From the NCBI GenBank assembly GCA_001643675.2, contig LSRY02000007.1:868001-932000 (forward strand): a stretch of 64,000 nt of DNA, in the 5' to 3' direction. Positions 21,301 through 30,171 of this stretch are shown here, one piece after another. Positions within the stretch are counted from its first letter, which is position 1, and every line of letters begins with the position of its first letter. The DNA comes from Monocercomonoides exilis PA203 (lineage: Eukaryota > Protista > Preaxostyla). The notes under the pieces were generated by a model. That model was given only the letters and a program-made list of their open reading frames with translations. It was not told the origin of the DNA and did not search any database. The position numbers and the translations under genes are program-made.

Positions 21301-24300
21301 ACCGAAATAAACGGTTTGACACGGATTATTTTCCTCTCCGCATCTGTCTGTATCCTTTCCTTTCTGGCTTGCATAGATTTTCTCATTATGATAATACCAA
21401 ATTTCAAGGAGATTGATATCATCCGTATAGTCACTGCAATCTTTTGCCCAAAATCCATTCCAGCTAATATTAAACGCTTCGTCTGAAAGATGAAACTGCA
21501 TTTTAAGGACCTGCTTCTTTATCGAGTCAGCATAAACATACACATCTCCCCCGATGTGTGCAGAATTCATTTCGAAGTAAACAGAATCAAGATAAAACAA
21601 ATACTCAGCATTATCTAAACTTCCCAATATGTCTCCGCTCAATGACGTACTTTTTGGTTTAACGTTACTAATATCAATGAAAAGTGCTCCTCCTTTTCCT
21701 GCATACATGTCAGCCAAGCAAAATGTGAGCTCGCTTTTCTCAATTATTATTTCACCTCCATCTTCTTCAACTTTAGCGTTAATTCCCATTCCCTTACCTT
21801 TCTCAACAAAAGTGCCACCAATTTCACATATAGTTAAATTTTTAAATATTGTTTTATAATTTGCTGGAATGTTCAAAGAAAAAGCGGATACAGCTATATC
21901 TTCAGATAGATCACCATTTGTCATCATTTCAATGCTTCCAACATTAGTGGAATTGAAGACAACCGATGCTTTACCAACTTTGAATATTGGCCTCGTAATG
22001 TTCAGTCCACAAAAAGTCGAGTCTGAAATTTCAACTGATCCTCCTTCAATAGTCGCGAACGTCCATCTGCAATAATTAAATTCTTCCATTTTATTCTGTA
22101 CAGCAGAAACAGATATTAACTTTGTGCTCCCTCCATATATACCTATCAGATATGTGTGCTTGCATTTTGCTGGGACAACAAATGAGCAACTTTTAATTGT
22201 TGTCTCTGTAAAATCTTTCTTAGCTTCTGTTGTGCTAATTCTAATAAGTGGATCTGTTTCTGTCAGTTCATGTGATTCTTCTGCAATTACAATTGAGCTG
22301 GTATAACTTTCCGAATTGATCAGCAATCCGCTAAAGTCTGCGTCTTCGTAAAGATGACCAGTGCCTTTAATGGAAATAGTCCTGGTGGTTGCATCAGATG
22401 GAAAGTGGCTCATGACATAATCCAACGAAAGGCATGGATTGTCGTTCGATCCACAAAGAAGAGTATCTTCCCCTTTTGTTGCAACAAATAGTTTATTGCT
22501 TCGATACTCCCATAATTCTATTAAATCCTTTTCATTCGAATAACTTCCTTTTCCACTTCCCCACAAAGCATTATTGCGATTGTACATCTTTTCAGAAATA
22601 TCAAAGGCGAAATACTCATTCTTAGCACAAAGTTCCAAGGCATTATCGTTCAAAAGATAAGCATCTCTTCCGTGATATGCATCATTCTGCGTAAATGTTA
22701 TTGCACTCAAAAGGTAGTTGTAAAGAGAAGATGCCAAGAAATGAATGTATACAGCGCCACCTCTTCCTCCAACACTGCCTGATGCTTGCTTATTATTCAC
22801 GGTACATTGAGCGAAGGTTGTGCTCGCAACAGAAAATCTTCCATCTCCATCAATGCTCAAAAACAAGCATCCACCATTTGTGCCAGCGACAGTGTTTGAG
22901 GAGATCCTTGTAAAGTTGCAATTAGATATCTTCCATATGCAATTCGGTTCAATATTGGTCCCGATAAAAGGAGCAGGAATCTTTGAAGAGGTAATAATAA
23001 CATCTGAACAGTTTGATTCAGAAATTTCAAAGTGAGTTGTCATTGCACAAGAAATCAGCGAAGGGCTGATGGAAGAAGTGTCGTACAAATAATTGATGTT
23101 GACGATTTTCGTTGAAGTAATTCCTAATAAAGAAGCTTTTTCAGCCCATATGAGTGGCTGATTTGTTGTAAAGGATGTAAATGTGCATGCTTTTATTTCA
23201 ACATCTCCTGAATTTATATGCATAACAGGATATTTTATATCAATAACGGTATTTTGCAATGACTGATAATTTTGATGGGAAGAGCCATATAAATTCGATT
23301 GAGCCCCGTTAAAAATGCAATTAATGAACTTCGCAGAACCTGCTTCAGAATAAATCATGGAATATTTCAGATTATTTTCAGCTAATTTCTCGAGTAAGTC
23401 AATCTCTATGTTACTAATGCCACTATCCCCTTCAATGAGTATCAGCCCTTTTGAAGCAAGTTCTTGCGCTTCAAGTTTTATGATTAGCTTTTCTAATGGA
23501 TCGCTGCTCCCACCCATCACAGTCACATCACTCAGATTAATTTCAGTTTTGACTTCAGCTGATGAAACAATAGTCAGTTTCAGCACGCTATCATCCGACT
23601 CGCTGTTGTATAAGTGAGTGAGACCATACTCAACAGTCAGGCAAGGTCGGTTAGAACTTCCACAAAGCTTCTCATTGATATGTGGCTCGCGGCCGTCAAC
23701 ATACACATTTGAGCCAAAGTATTCCCAAAATGAAAACAGGCTGACAACTTTGCCTTCATTGTTGGCTTCACAGCCACTCAACGAGTTCTGGTGCAAGAAG
23801 TGATCCGAGTCAAAAGGGAAGCAAAACCTGCTTTCTTTTGCAGAATTTGACAAATCTTTTTGCGCAAAAAGGAACATATCGCTTCCGAATCGAGCTTTAT
23901 TATTTAAAAACGTAATACCGTCCAATAAAAATTGAGAGCCTTCAGAATTTTTCACTGCAAAATATAATGCACCTCCTCTCCCTTCGTTCTCATTCACAGA
24001 ACACGCTTTATACGATCCACCTTTCAAGTTCAGCGAACCGCCACTTTGTATCGTTGCCTTGATAAGTCCACCTGTAACCTTTCCTGTTTCAGTGTTGTGG
24101 ATTTCGCTGCTCAATGTATTGTTGATGTTTGCTATTCCGTCTGTTGGAACGCTCAAATCAAGGACACTATGAGAACCTGTATCATCGTTCTTTGCTTGGA
24201 CTTTAGAAACAGAAATATCGTTCATATCAAGAGAGTGCAATATCAATTCTTTTGATTCACATTTGAGGAAATTCAAACTTAATTTTAATTTCCTCGCAAT

Positions 24301-27300
24301 CAAATCTGTTAACTCAACTTTGTTCGTATTGCTTTCAAAATTCAAAACAACACTCGTTGAGCTCATTAAGTTTAATGCGACAGAGTTAATATTTACGTCT
24401 CCACTAGAAGCAGCAAGAATAGCAAAATCAACATGAAAATCGTCTTCATTAGCTGAAGTTCCTATTTGATTTGATGATAAGCCATCATGTGCCCAGAAAT
24501 TGGCTTGCAGAATTGGCTGAAACGACACATATCCAATACTAATCAAGGTTCCACTTGATCGAATAAGCGATTGATGTCCCACGGAAGTCGGGAGGTAAAA
24601 CTCCATTTGGGATATGCTCAAAGTTGTTTCTGTTTGAATTAAAGAAGGAATGGTAACTTCATCTTGCTCGTTCCAACTTACTGTTATTTTTGGCTGCGTA
24701 CTGCCCATTTTCTGAATGCTAACTCCATCCAACTTAATTTCACCTGAAATATCGCTCTTGTCGCAAACATACAGAGTCTTTGTATCGCCTGCCAAATTCC
24801 GAGCTGCATTCACAAGACCACGACACGGTTCGACTTCTGATCCGCAGAATGAAACATCTTCCCCTTTTTCTGAAGTGAACGCTATTTCAGCCGATCGCTT
24901 CCAAACCTTCGTAAGATCCAAATCGGTGTCTGAATTGCGTCCAAAAAGTGCATTGGCTTTGTCATATGGCGCAATTTTCACGAAATTAAAAGATGAAAGA
25001 GGGGCAGCCTCAACAAGCGACTGCGACGCAGAATCCACATTTACAAACACATCTCTTCCAACATTTGCATCACAATTAATAAAATTACAGTTATTTAATT
25101 TGAACTGAGAAGTGCTTCCTTTTTTTCGAATAAAAATGGCACCGCCACGTCCGGCATATGTACCTTTGGCTGTGCAAGCGTTGAATTTTGTATCAGTTAT
25201 TGTAAATTGTGAATAATCTTCCATCGAAAAATAAAATGCAGCACCGCAATTAGAAAGGAGTATATCTTCATTTGACATAGTGCCCAATTCAGTTTTGCCG
25301 TTAATTGATTTGCGTGCATTTGTCGGAGTTGTAATTTTCACGTTTTCAAACGAACATTCTTCAAAATCTAGTGTGTTGCTCGAAATTAGCTTGCAGGAAA
25401 AAGCAGCGCCACCCATATTTTGAGAAGGTATATCCTCTTTTCTTGTAACTGCTGAAAAAGTCACTTTTTTCGCAAGCATTTTATAAGGAGTAATAAGGTT
25501 AATGCAAGGAACATTAAGAAGGGTTAAGGAGTTAAATGCAACGTTTGTTAAAGACACAAAACCATTTTCAGCTACAATAACTGAAGAACTGAGCATATCC
25601 TCGTTTGATTTTCCATTTTTCATTGCATTTGTCAGGTCATTATGTTTCTGAACAGGAGCTTCTCCGTTAAATTCGCAATGAACAAAACTTGCACACGCTT
25701 CTTGCTGGGTCAAATAAAGAATCGTATGAATATATCCCGATACGCAATTCGGCTTTATTTTTAGTTCTTCCATCAAAAGATTGCAGCCTGAGCATTTAAT
25801 CCACCCATTCCCAGGCTCAGCATCTTCAGTCATTACTTGTTCCTCATTAGCGTTTGCTTTAACAATTGTGGGATGAATGGTAACTTTATTGAGCGATTCT
25901 CCTTTCAGATGGAACTTTGAGGAGTCATAATGATTTTGACACGAGTGCTTATTTAGATTCAAAGTCTTGGTTTCCGCGTATACACCTTCTCTAATATCAA
26001 GAACCTGCGGAGAAATAACGTACACTCTTTTAATTCCACTTTCAATTGTTGAGCAGGGGTTCTGCTCGTCTTCTCCACAAACGCTGCTTATTGATCCTCC
26101 ATTTTTGACAATAATTTTACTGTTCAACGGATTTGGTAAGAATTCATTTAACGCTAATTTTTTCGATGCATCAAACACACGCACTTGATTGCTTGTGGAA
26201 GTAGACCAGCCAAATTGCTCTAATGGAGGGATTCTTGTGCAACTTTTTGAAAATACGATATCCGTTCCTTCGGTTTCGCTGTTGCTTTCAGATTCCTTGT
26301 TATTTCCTCCATTTTCAAGAGCGTTAGCTTTTAAATAGTTTTTCAGGAAGGAACAAAACATCACCGAAAGAAATGAATCCTGTGAAATGTCATAGATCCA
26401 CATGGCGCCACCTCCGCTGCGCTGTTCCTGATCTGAAGTTGGTGATGCAAAGCATTCCTGAAAGACGCAATCGCTGAAAGTCGCAGTGAAATCAAATGAG
26501 GCATCTGGATTCGGATAGTTGAATGAATCAATACCGATTGCTCCTCCTCCGTGAACGGATCCACATTCTTCAAACGAGCATCCAGAAATTGATGCTTCCT
26601 TTGCCATGCAAATGTAAATGGCTCCCCCAGATTCTCGACAAAAATCTAAATCTTCATTTGCCTCGGTAAATTTCTTTGGATTTTGATAATGCTCGTGTAA
26701 ATTTGTTGTTCGAGAAGGAGGAGTAAGTATTTTTCCTGAAATGCACTTTTCGAAAACGCATTGAGAGACGGATGCAAGTCCAGTTGTTCTGTAAAAGCCA
26801 ATGGCACCTCCTGCTGAGAACGCGGAACAATTTTCGAATTGAACTCCCTTTAATACTATCGGATGTGATGTGTCCTTGGCAACAAAACCTCCTCCAATTC
26901 CTGCATGGCTTTCAGTCACAACAGTATCAACAGAACACCAAATGAATGAGCCATATAAAATCGTGACAGAGGCTTCATTGCAAATTTCAAGAGCTCCTCC
27001 TTCTAAGCTATCAGTCGTTCTGATATTCATGAATTGAGCTTCTTCAAATGAATGAGTTCCTTGATTGAACTCTTGGCGATAATTAAAAAACGAATATCTG
27101 TAATTTAAACATTCGTCAAATGAGCTATTAAAAACGTTGAAATGGTCTAGTCCACGATTATCCACAAAAAAGCCATAATAAGGGTTTTGGACTTTATGAA
27201 ATGAGCTTGAATCAAATAAATTGGAGCAGCATCGAGATGGTAAATAATCATCTTCTGCCCCAGAAGAAATACTTGTCATATTGTAAAAATTACATGAAAT

Positions 27301-27783
27301 AATTGAAGATGAAAGCATTTCCCCACGCGAGAGGAATGTAACAATCGCTTTTTTTGATATACTCTTGAATGTTGAATCAAAAATCGAAATCCTACTTGAA
27401 CAATCGTTCATTTCAGCAATGCCAGCAAAATTTATCATTTTTAAATCATGGATGTTTAAAGTTAAATTGTTCACATTGCAGATTCCAGAAATTCGAAACA
27501 AAGTTGAGTTCATTCTCTGATCAATATTAAACTTGCAATTACACAAACGAAACTCCGAATCGCCTAAAACATGTAAAGATGATTTGACCAAAAGCGGGTT
27601 TAAGCAAGTGTCTTCTAAATAAAAAGTAGTATTTGCCAAAAAGAACATAAAATTCATCTTTTCGTTTTGAGGGCATATATGTGTATATGAAGCGCTTTTT
27701 TCAAAGCTCCTTGGTTCCTGAGAAAATAAAGCTTCGCTTTGGCAAATGCAAACAACAAGCACAAGGCTTGCTATTGACATCAT
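18328..27783 (-). CDS. 3151-aa single-exon type I membrane surface protein with pectin-lyase-like/Pmp-like beta-helix repeats
   Basis: N-terminal signal peptide (MMSIASLVLVVCICQSEA). Many GGA[ILV] and FxxC/FxxN motifs. Six CGxxxx(x)PC module starts. C-terminal TM (GFMVAFVMMFAACVTLCVIIVYVVY) followed by RKRRRKRR and a short tail. Confidence 0.88.
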   Translation of the reverse strand: MMSIASLVLVVCICQSEALFSQEPRSFEKSASYTHICPQNEKMNFMFFLANTTFYLEDTCLNPLLVKSSLHVLGDSEFRLCNCKFNIDQRMNSTLFRISGICNVNNLTLNIHDLKMINFAGIAEMNDCSSRISIFDSTFKSISKKAIVTFLSRGEMLSSSIISCNFYNMTSISSGAEDDYLPSRCCSNLFDSSSFHKVQNPYYGFFVDNRGLDHFNVFNSSFDECLNYRYSFFNYRQEFNQGTHSFEEAQFMNIRTTDSLEGGALEICNEASVTILYGSFIWCSVDTVVTESHAGIGGGFVAKDTSHPIVLKGVQFENCSAFSAGGAIGFYRTTGLASVSQCVFEKCISGKILTPPSRTTNLHEHYQNPKKFTEANEDLDFCRESGGAIYICMAKEASISGCSFEECGSVHGGGAIGIDSFNYPNPDASFDFTATFSDCVFQECFASPTSDQEQRSGGGAMWIYDISQDSFLSVMFCSFLKNYLKANALENGGNNKESESNSETEGTDIVFSKSCTRIPPLEQFGWSTSTSNQVRVFDASKKLALNEFLPNPLNSKIIVKNGGSISSVCGEDEQNPCSTIESGIKRVYVISPQVLDIREGVYAETKTLNLNKHSCQNHYDSSKFHLKGESLNKVTIHPTIVKANANEEQVMTEDAEPGNGWIKCSGCNLLMEELKIKPNCVSGYIHTILYLTQQEACASFVHCEFNGEAPVQKHNDLTNAMKNGKSNEDMLSSSVIVAENGFVSLTNVAFNSLTLLNVPCINLITPYKMLAKKVTFSAVTRKEDIPSQNMGGAAFSCKLISSNTLDFEECSFENVKITTPTNARKSINGKTELGTMSNEDILLSNCGAAFYFSMEDYSQFTITDTKFNACTAKGTYAGRGGAIFIRKKGSTSQFKLNNCNFINCDANVGRDVFVNVDSASQSLVEAAPLSSFNFVKIAPYDKANALFGRNSDTDLDLTKVWKRSAEIAFTSEKGEDVSFCGSEVEPCRGLVNAARNLAGDTKTLYVCDKSDISGEIKLDGVSIQKMGSTQPKITVSWNEQDEVTIPSLIQTETTLSISQMEFYLPTSVGHQSLIRSSGTLISIGYVSFQPILQANFWAHDGLSSNQIGTSANEDDFHVDFAILAASSGDVNINSVALNLMSSTSVVLNFESNTNKVELTDLIARKLKLSLNFLKCESKELILHSLDMNDISVSKVQAKNDDTGSHSVLDLSVPTDGIANINNTLSSEIHNTETGKVTGGLIKATIQSGGSLNLKGGSYKACSVNENEGRGGALYFAVKNSEGSQFLLDGITFLNNKARFGSDMFLFAQKDLSNSAKESRFCFPFDSDHFLHQNSLSGCEANNEGKVVSLFSFWEYFGSNVYVDGREPHINEKLCGSSNRPCLTVEYGLTHLYNSESDDSVLKLTIVSSAEVKTEINLSDVTVMGGSSDPLEKLIIKLEAQELASKGLILIEGDSGISNIEIDLLEKLAENNLKYSMIYSEAGSAKFINCIFNGAQSNLYGSSHQNYQSLQNTVIDIKYPVMHINSGDVEIKACTFTSFTTNQPLIWAEKASLLGITSTKIVNINYLYDTSSISPSLISCAMTTHFEISESNCSDVIITSSKIPAPFIGTNIEPNCIWKISNCNFTRISSNTVAGTNGGCLFLSIDGDGRFSVASTTFAQCTVNNKQASGSVGGRGGAVYIHFLASSLYNYLLSAITFTQNDAYHGRDAYLLNDNALELCAKNEYFAFDISEKMYNRNNALWGSGKGSYSNEKDLIELWEYRSNKLFVATKGEDTLLCGSNDNPCLSLDYVMSHFPSDATTRTISIKGTGHLYEDADFSGLLINSESYTSSIVIAEESHELTETDPLIRISTTEAKKDFTETTIKSCSFVVPAKCKHTYLIGIYGGSTKLISVSAVQNKMEEFNYCRWTFATIEGGSVEISDSTFCGLNITRPIFKVGKASVVFNSTNVGSIEMMTNGDLSEDIAVSAFSLNIPANYKTIFKNLTICEIGGTFVEKGKGMGINAKVEEDGGEIIIEKSELTFCLADMYAGKGGALFIDISNVKPKSTSLSGDILGSLDNAEYLFYLDSVYFEMNSAHIGGDVYVYADSIKKQVLKMQFHLSDEAFNISWNGFWAKDCSDYTDDINLLEIWYYHNEKIYASQKGKDTDRCGEENNPCQTVYFGVRHLLIYKEDKEMHLIIMEQSSLSSSLSIVKCSLHSSKPTSLAGITINATTEEPKDALIVGVNSFTVKDIHFNVTTQMDYRYFILSSVIEGEYGLTLNHVRLSASSSVAINFIFAGVLNGFLKVDKLSVESTRHGSPIIKLDYINVTSQINNITASSVNLTSCSLIESARTKRLLITNYTINKVVSTSTTGCALKAAATTGMHVSLTKCYFTSADTNSNNGEGGACHIRMEEDAMVTISDSIFTTCSANSKSGRGGALFMFLSDGCSLEYQLNEIKFDQCKAAFGSDIYFYSIGPSLKEISAPSKFNFSLNPLVFKRTNAIFGRDTETIDKDIMQFWEYNNETVYISKAGDDFVTCGTQLNPCKSINYCRNRLTGGKQQALILNNLLISEKSQITGIEMYNGKLETVPQVTVRMDSDSGDYILENEGNTLLSTLNIIIEDPKNFEVFLHSTIGLSRITSSELIGKISNSFALALICVEGGSFEFNDVIIKNFSFADNVPSTNINSHETIFRNDMISNDSDETLLHNTQMNALSFKGAIIFRGITKANLLNITCSNITMASKSFIEVEPKTVPQEVMPVEAGEKTITISNSIFHDISSQSISDPALIYSEDKDISYSFSDARIIRCLSKSSSASSAYFKNSVLNWKFCIVKGQLYTDSDSHTSHNFEKDIGLLSANETESNHIRDTKKSSNDEVEVCSWKHSMMEFEACTTTMEDPTVANSTCGGLSVIGGKLVITTGEFFNNNPVINRFPSARHNIHCEQKGNVEVKSVKGSSDGAPENPSMWVDRQDCQVAGVQTLSKAPLFVPILKNITVVKQSSTIQSNDAEGPLVIFNGENLMPCLMIGEMFFIVHGVEISSMTFPLVSFSNDTSCAGIPKQSYIDTADRKTVIAVRIQFGGLAGAEDKKEITNYSIFRDMLPDEVDKKAEQMPPTVTGFMVAFVMMFAACVTLCVIIVYVVYTRKRRRKRRLQHTEDSLRKQLILSDDEQAALES

Positions 27784-27973
27784 CTTTTTACAACCAGAAC
27801 AAAAAAAGACTTTGATCTGACTGCCATATGCATGTTGATTTGTTCACAAATTTTTGAACTTTTATTGAAAACAACATTTATAATCATAATTACACACTTA
27901 AAATAACTTTCTGATATTTTGGAAAAATATCTTATAAAGGGATGGTAGTTTTTTATCATTTTTATTTGTTAAG
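27784..27973. promoter_or_regulatory. Putative bidirectional promoter (190 bp between divergent ATGs)
   Basis: Head-to-head starts at 27783 (-) and 27974 (+) separated by AT-rich DNA. Confidence 0.5.
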
Positions 27974-29943
27974 ATGGATGAAGTTTTGACTCCTGAAAGC
28001 GAAAGAGTTCCAACACCTCCTCCAAAAATATTTATGGAGGGTATAGGAGAAGAGTTTATTGCGATGCAGGAGGAAGCAGAATCGGCTTCATGCTCAATAT
28101 TGAACGATATTGTTGAATCCGCTGCAGATGAATATATTGAGCGTTATTATCAAAGCCTTGTGCCAGAATACGAAGTTCAGAGGATGCTTGGAGTTTTTGA
28201 TGCAATGCTCGAGGTATTCCTTTCAAAGACTAAAAATTCGTTGAACATATATTTTTGTTTTTTGCAACATTCAGTGGTGCTTTCCCATCAAGGACCAAGG
28301 GGAAATGGAATGTGAAACTTCTCCTTCATGGAAGCCTGGATTACGTTTGATTCTTTTCTTATTTAATTTTTATTTTTGTAATTATAAATATTTTGAAATT
28401 CTTCAAAAGCTCCCCCTCCTCTTCCAATTGATTCTTGGGCTTGTGGAGCTGTTCCTGTTAAAATTGAGCCACGAATTCCCGATTCATTGATGCGACAAGA
28501 ACTTTCATCTTCAAGGCATGCATTATTTTTTTCTTTTTGGGCTTATTGAATATTTTTTTTAAAATAATTACTACAGAATAAGTACAACCAGAGGAAGCCA
28601 CGTCAATCAAAGATATATTGGGGGATCTTCTGCTCAAACTCCGTTGGATGAGACATTGGAAAGAGGTGGCGGAAGTTCTACAATGTCAAGAAAGTTTGGT
28701 GGGTTAAGCGGAAGTGGATTTATATCAAACGATACAAAATCTGGAAAAGGAAGACTCGGAACAGGACAAAAAGGAGGGTTAGGAAATACAAATAATAGAG
28801 GACCTGCGACTGAAGAGAAAAGAGGTTCAAAAGTTGTCATAAGAATGGCCCAACCACTACAACAACAGCCTGCTGTTGGTTCCTCTGCATTGCAAAACGA
28901 AGCTATCAGAGCTGCTGTGGAGGCAGAAAGGAAGCAAAGAGAAGAGGCAAAAGAGAAAATGGCTTTGGTATGTGTTGTTGGAAAGCATTTATAAAGATAG
29001 AAAAGAAAAAAGAAATTCAATTTATTTTTGTTAATGATGGCAAAAGGAAGAAAATTTTCATTGATCAATGCTTATTTGAATTAAAACGCTTTGAATTAAA
29101 TCTTTATAACCTCATTTTCCCAACTGTATTTAAATTTACAACCCCCCACCCCCACCCCCCATCCCCCCACAATGTCTTTCCTTCTCTTTTTATTAATCTA
29201 CTCAGCAAGCGAGGTTGGAACAAGAGCGCACTCAGAAGCTGAAGCAGTCGCTGCGTGGAAAGGCATATGCATACACGACAAATGGCGTTGTTATGCTGAA
29301 GCCAGTAAATCCAGAAAAGCTGGCAGATGTCACAGTTGTACCAAATATCGTCACAAAGAAAGAAGAGCCTGAAATCAAAGAAGAGCCAGCTGATAAACAA
29401 AAAAAGAAAGGAGGAGAAAAAGATACGCAAAAAACACCTTCTTCATCATCATCTTCATTGTCTTCTACTTCAGCAGCAAAAAAAGCAGATTCGTCTTCAA
29501 ATTCTTCTTCTGCTGCTGCATCTTCAAGCAAAACAACTTCAGATAGAAAAACTTCTCCATCAACAATAAAACCATCTTCAAAGCATTTATCTTCCAACGC
29601 TGCATCCACATCAAAGAAGAAAGACGAAACAAAAGACAAAACCAAAGCACCAGCCGCACAGTCGCTGCTTGCTCTGTTCCCCGACCGTCGCGACGGACAG
29701 TTCAAGCCATCTGAAGCAGCCCAGCCGCCAATCCCTGACAATCTCCGCCTTCAGCCTGGTGTGACACTGAAGATTGGCGATCAAGTCAAAAGCGGTGGCC
29801 CTCCCAGACTCGGAAAAAAATCATCCACTGGCGGACCGAAAATGTCTCCTATTGCAGGATTTTCTGGCTCTGGTGGTGGCGCATCGGGAAATTCTCAACT
29901 TTCGTCAATGCTTCTTTCATATCAGGATCGTTCAAAGAAATGA
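27974..29943 (+). CDS. C2orf81/DUF4639-like protein, possibly flagellar. Exons 27974-28213, 28275-28344, 28410-28515, 28577-28967, 29206-29943
   Basis: The spliced product contains MLEWCFPIKDQGE..SWKPGLPPPPLPIDSWACGAVPV, resembling (from memory) the C2orf81 core W-x-F..DEGE..W..P..DSWAxGxVPV. All junctions keep frame; intron 3 is GC-AG. Confidence 0.75.
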
Positions 29944-30171
29944 AATAAATACTGCAATGTTGTTGTCGCAGTCGCACAATTCACTTCATTACCTTCTTTC
30001 TTTGCACTTCGTTGTTTTAGTTTTGAATTTGTTTTTGATTGATTTTACTGATTTCCTGTTCATTTGATTAACCTTTTTTTGATCAGAATTGAATTTTCAA
30101 TTAGTTAAATATGGTACGCTTGATCATATTTTTAATTGTCTTTTCCCAGCCTATTTCGAGGCGGGAGAGCA

